DNA of 33,396 nucleotides from a virus. Taxonomy: Duplodnaviria > Caudoviricetes. Position numbers and translations under genes: made by a program. Under the pieces are notes generated by a model, which did no database searches, had not been told where the DNA came from, and worked only from the letters and a program-made list of their open reading frames with translations. Positions 13,601 to 19,600 of this stretch are shown here, piece by piece. The stretch covers positions 1-33,396 of the IMG/VR virus record IMGVR_UViG_3300005404_000013; one strand, 5' to 3'. Within the stretch, counting starts at the first letter, position 1. Each line of letters begins with the position of its first letter.

Positions 13601-16600
13601 TTCTAACAATGGATTAGAGAAGCAAGATGGATCAATCATCATCAACGTTGGTTCTACACCAAATATCAACTACGATGTATCAAATGCAACTTATGATCAT
13701 CAAACTGGTGTAATGGTTCTAACCATTGGATCACATGGATTGAAGACAGGTGATAAATTAAAACTCGGTGCTGAAACTCTGAAGTTTACATGTGCAATGG
13801 ATGGAAACTCCGCACAGAAGACTTATCCAAGAAGACTTGCAGGTGATGGTGGAACAGACCCATTCTTCAATACTTCTATTAATGTTGATGCTGTAGGATC
13901 AACACAGCATACTGCTACTGATGCAACTTATGTACCTACAACTGGTGTAATGACACTAGAAATTAGTGGTCATAACTTTAATGCATCAACAACTCATACT
14001 GTAACTGGTGCACAGTATAACGCTAAGACTGGTGTAATGAAGATGACTCTAAACGGTCATGGATTTACTCCTGGCGATCAGATCAAGTTTAGTCCTAATG
14101 CATTGACATTCCAGTGCACAATGGATAGTGGAGCATCAAACCATACTTATCCAAGATCTAGTGATCCTGTTGCTAATAAGTGGTTAACAATCACATCTGT
14201 CACAACAAACACATTCGAAGTTATTGTTGGTAAATCTCCAATAGTTCAGTGGGATGTATCTAATGCTGAGTACGATCAGGCAACTGGTCATATGATTCTT
14301 ACTACACCTGGTCCTCACGGTCTTCGTGGTCACTCAGATCATACAGTTACAAGTGCAACATACACTGCTTCAAGCGGTCTAATAGTTCTTACTATTCCTA
14401 ATCATGGATTCTCTAATGGTGATAAGATTAGGATTGCTGATCATTCATTAACATTCACATGTAATCAGGATAGTCATCAATCTGAGCATACATATCCAAG
14501 ATCTACTGATCCTTCAAGTGGTAAGTTTATTACTATATCAAACGTAACTACAAATACATTTGAGTGTAATATTCTTCAGGGAACTTCACCAACTAACACT
14601 ACAGCACATACATTTATCACTGCTGCGAAAAATGGCGTTAGACGTGCTGGTGAGACTGTTAAACTTGAAGCAAATTCATTAACATTCCGTTGTGCACAAG
14701 ATGACTATGCTACAGATCATGCATATCCAAGATCTAGTGACCCTGCATACAACGTTCCTCTTCATATAGTTCATTCTACAGAGAAGACAATCACTGTTGA
14801 TGTTGGTGTTGCTGCTAGTTCAAATCAGTTTGCTCACAACTTCGTTAATGCTGCTACTGGTCAAACAACACATACTATTACTGATGCATCATACACAGCA
14901 TCAAGTGGTGTAATGACTCTTACTGTTCCTAAGCATGGATTTGCATTAGGTGAACAGATTAAGATTGATAATAATGGAATCACATTCAAATGTGAGATGG
15001 ATGATTATGCTACAGATCATGCATATCCACGTGCTACTGACCCTGCTAGTGATAAGTGGTTGACTATATCTAACATTACTGAAAACACATTTGATGTTAA
15101 TGTTGGTAATACTCCACTATCCACCTATACTCCAACTGGTGCTTCATATAATCCAACTACAGGTAATCTACAAATTGTTATTGGATCACACACTCTTGCA
15201 GAAGGAGACAGTATTAAGTTAGCAGAGAATGCTATTACTTTCCGTTGTGATGAAGATGGACAAGCAAGTGATCATGCATATCCTAGAAGTCTAACTGATT
15301 CACATACTGCTGTAGCTGGTGGTACATCATACAATCCTACTACTGGTGTTTTGACTCTACAAACTGCTGGACCTCATGGTTTGGCAACTGGAGATTGGAT
15401 TCAGATCGCTCAGAACTCATTAACATTCAGATGTGATGAAGATGGTCAGGCAACAGATCATACATATCCTCGTTCATCTGACCCTGTAAATGGTCGTTGG
15501 TTGAAGATTACATACGTTAATGCAAGTAAGTTTAGTGTTGTTGTACTTGATGATATTCCTTCAACAAATACAACTACTCACGTATGTACAGCAACATCTG
15601 CTAGTGGAATCACATCTAAGCGTGACCCATCATACGATAATGCATTACCTATCATTGCTGCTGATTCTACTTCAATCACAATCAATGTTCTGAATACTGC
15701 ACCATCTACAAATACTACAACTCATGTATTCCAATCTGCACTTACTAACTCAGTAGTTGCAGGTGGTAACTATGCACATATGTTTGTAAGTTCTGTTGGT
15801 GGAGCACTTAAGAAACAGACTAAGGCATTAATTACTGGTGGTAATTATGCACATACATTTGTTTCTGCAACAAGTGGTGGAATTGAGAAGGCAAATGACT
15901 ATGTACAGATTGTAAATGATTCACTAGTCTTCCGTTGTGGTAAGGATGACTTTGGTTCACTTCATGCATATCCTCGTGCAACTGATCCGTTCAGTGGAAG
16001 ATGGTTACCAATATTCAATGTACAGACAAATGAATTTGATGTAAATGTTGGAATATCACAAAACGAATCTCAACACAATTTTGCATCTGCTGTTGCTAAT
16101 GGAATTCTAAGACAGAGTGGTACTGTCACAATTAACGTTGGTTATGATTCTCTTCCTGCTAATCAACATGCTCATGTATGGGTAGGAATGGAGAATAAGT
16201 TAACTGCTGCTGCAGGTACAACTTATGATCCAACAACAGGTGTAATGAAGATTAAAACTGCTTCTGCTCATAAGTTGGAGAATGATGAATGGGTTAAGTT
16301 TGATGATGATGCTGTAACCTTCACCTGCACACAAGGTGGTGGTAATCATTCATATCCACGTGCTACTGACCCAATGTCAGGTAGATGGTTGAAGGTTCAA
16401 AATGTAACCACTGACACATTCGAAGTTGTTGTTCTTGATGTTATTCCTTCAACTAACGTTACTGTTCATACATTTGTAACTGGTGCAAATAATGGTATCA
16501 CTAAGGCATGTGTTATCACTGGTGGAATTCATAAGCACACATTCGTAAGTGCAACTTCTGGTGCTATACAAACTGGTGGTGCTTACACTCATAAGTTTGT

Positions 16601-19600
16601 ACGTGCACATGATAATGCAATTAACAAACTTTATACAATTCCTGGTGGAAATCAGAATTGCTGTGATGACGTTGAGCGTATATTAAGAGGTGTTGCATAC
16701 CATATTGCATATGGTGGTAACAATGAAATATATGATATGGCAATGGAGTATGTTACTCAGACTCACCTCAACAATTACTTCGAGGAGAAATGGAGTCTTG
16801 GTATTATGACTCTAACCAAGGAGATCATCACTCAAATTATTAGAAATATTCAGACTCCTGTATATGGTAATCATGGTCTTCTACAGTATAGAGATACAAC
16901 AATCACTACTGATGTAACACAACCAGCATGTCCAACAGAGGTCGCTGCTGCAACTACATTAATTGACATCGTAATGGATGCAATTACTACCAATGCAGTT
17001 AGTGGTACTCGCACATTACCTACAGGTTCAGGTAATGGTCCTTGTGCTAATGTCGCTGCAACAATAACTACCATGTTTGGTATTATTACAGATACCATTA
17101 GTTCTAATGCAAGTTTGGATGGTGTTGGTCGTCAGATACCATCTATCTGGCCATGTCATTATCACGGTGATGTTGCTGAGAGAGATCTAACAGTTACATA
17201 TCAAACTGCAGCTGCAACTTGGAATCAGACATGTGCAACTACTGCTTCTGCTATAAGCACATTATTTGATGTTGTTGTTAATACAATAGAAAGTGCTAAG
17301 ACTAATACAAACCACTTAAGTGGTTTAACAAGAACTGTACCACCATACGCTAATACACTTTATCAGCATTATACTTGCTATAACGTTGTATCTGCAATGA
17401 CAACTCAGTTCGATTTAATTATCGATACTCTTGGTGCTGGTACATACTCTAATCGTAACGTTGCACATTACTTAAGATTTAATGATAAAGCAATCACTGA
17501 TCGTGCTCTTGCTGCAACTCAAGCAAATTATCCTGTAGGAGATAATCCAGATCTAGCATTCTTTAAGAACGTTCTTGAAGCTGGTTTATATGATTTAACT
17601 ACAAATGGTAATGCTTCTGCGTTTGAACTTGCTGGAACATGGTTCGATGGTGAAGGTCAATTTATCGCTTATCCTACAGTAGATAGAATTCGTTTACTCT
17701 ATGGTTTGAATAAGGTAAGAGAATATTGTAAGGAAGTTGTTCAAGATCCAACTAATGCTGGATGGAATACATATGCTGTTTATCGTTATCCTGAAGTAAA
17801 TGGATATCGTCGTCACGTAGAATGGGATCAGGAAACTACAGAATTTAATTTTGATAGTTCACTAAACTGCTTAGAATTTGCTATAGAAAGAGCAACATTC
17901 CCAACAGATAACTTGGTAACATTTAATGCTGCCACTGATGTAATTAATTACTCTAATCAGTATGATGAAGGTGTTGATTACAATACTGATCCTGCTCTAG
18001 TAAATCTAACTCCAACAATTGAAGTTGGATATGAAAGAGTAGAGAATCGTGCACGAATTAATAGAACTAACTTCTTCCGTCGTGGTGATGTTGTTAAGTA
18101 TGTTCTTGCATCTGCTCAATCACTATCTGGTGCTAATGATCAAGATTACTACTACGTCCTCAATGCACAACCACAGTGGTTTGAGATTGCTCGTATGCCT
18201 AATCATGATGCAAGATACCGTGCATTTGCATTAGATACAACTAATGCTGGTAACCAGCAATTCTTCACAGTTCGTCGCTCTGGAATTGATCGTGTTGCTA
18301 ACACTTACGGTGTACGTGATATTGATCAACCAATTACTGCTGGATTCAATATTGCTGATGTTCTAGTTGGTACAACAACTGGTGCATCTGCTGAAATCTC
18401 ATCTAGTTTCATTAATAGTGCGAATGTCATTAAGACCTTCAAGTACTATGGTTTAAATACCATGTCTGCCACCGCATTTACAAACGGTGAGCAAGTTCAG
18501 GTACAAGGTGCAACTGCTAATAATGGTTATGTAATGCAGAGAGTTCTTAGAGATGAGAATAACTTAGGTTGGATTAAACTTGAACTTGTTCAGGGAACTA
18601 TTTCCGCTGGTCAAACTATTGAAGGTGTTGATTCTGGTGCAACTGCTGTTGTAACTTCAGTCATAGAAGATCGTCTATTAATCAATGAGAAGGTAGGTGA
18701 ATTCCTACAAGGTGATTGGTTGTTTAAAGATACAACTGCTACAGAAGCATACGCAAGTGCTTATGATAATAAGTCAGGTGTTCTTACAGATAATAGCGGT
18801 GGTCGTGTAACGATAGACGTTGAAACTATTACTGGTGCTTTCACATCTGGTGATATTATCTACGGATCTAAGACAGAAAAAATTCTCGACTTTGTAGGTA
18901 TTACAGACGGTGGATCTCCAATTACAATTAACACCTACGTACATGGTGAGAAGGTTAGAAAATTAACTCTATCTCAGGTAATTACGGATAGTGAATATTC
19001 TGGTACATTTGTCGCTGGTGATAGAGTTTATCTACTTCAGGGAACTACACCAACCAATCCTGGCTGGTGGGGATATGTAACCAAGTATGATTACAGACCT
19101 GACGATAACGTTAACGATCTCTATATTGCTGGATTACAAAATTACTGGACAGGTGATGCATCAGAACCAACAACTGAACCTGATGGATCTTTAGCTGCAA
19201 CTGCTGGATATAACATTGGTAAGTTTGATAACTTACAGAACTTCCCATTAATCTATGCAACAGCATCAAATTACACTGAGACAGGTTATTCATCATACGG
19301 TAAGATTATTGCTATTGAACAATCTGGTATTACTGCTCGTTGCTGGTTAGAAGATGTACAAGGTGATTTTGTAGATAACATGACAGTTAAGTCCGATAAT
19401 GGATGGATTGCTGGTGTTACATCTGCTAAGAGTTTAATTGGACGTGTTGATCGTTACTTCCGTGGATTTGACGGTACGCAGACACAGTTTAATCTTACAA
19501 TCTCTAATGGTCAGCAATATCTACCTGATCCTGCTGGTCACATGTTGATCTTCGTTAATGGAATTCTACAACCACCTGGTGCTACTGGTGCTTACACTGC

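Larger units (their letters stand above)
6900..17890 (+). repeat. About 8 alpha-helical 'RxxDA..I..N...I..EA / CxRD-CxDD...D...GGN / C(A)xV...I' domains resembling the phycobiliprotein/globin fold, interrupted by LamG2 and the nested beta block
   Basis: Core Cys motifs at 7155 (KCKRDMAYYIDAVAYDMYSGGN), 7599 (TCRRDLGLFVDALAQDVKSGGN), 9105 (YCLRD), 9603 (YCERD), 10113 (DCVDD), 10536 (SCVDD) and 16659 (NCCDD). A degenerate copy lacking the core Cys lies at ~17445-17890. Confidence 0.8.

Noticed and set aside
10959-16628. Recurring DNA words (gatcatgcatatccaaga, ttccgttgtgat) as a CRISPR array or DGR template/variable repeat
   Set aside because: Spacing is irregular, the words are in-frame and encode the protein motifs DHAYPR and FRCD, no adenine-specific mismatch pattern is evident, and there is no cas or reverse transcriptase gene.
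10959-16628. Intein or assembly artefact as the cause of the large insertion
   Set aside because: There are no Hint splice motifs or endonuclease, and the units are too diverged and too precisely nested in-frame for a mis-assembly.
6900-17890. Captured host cpc/cpe/apc phycobilisome genes
   Set aside because: The units are internal domains of a structural ORF, lack recognisable N-terminal X/Y dimerisation helices and are highly diverged; only fold-level similarity is proposed.
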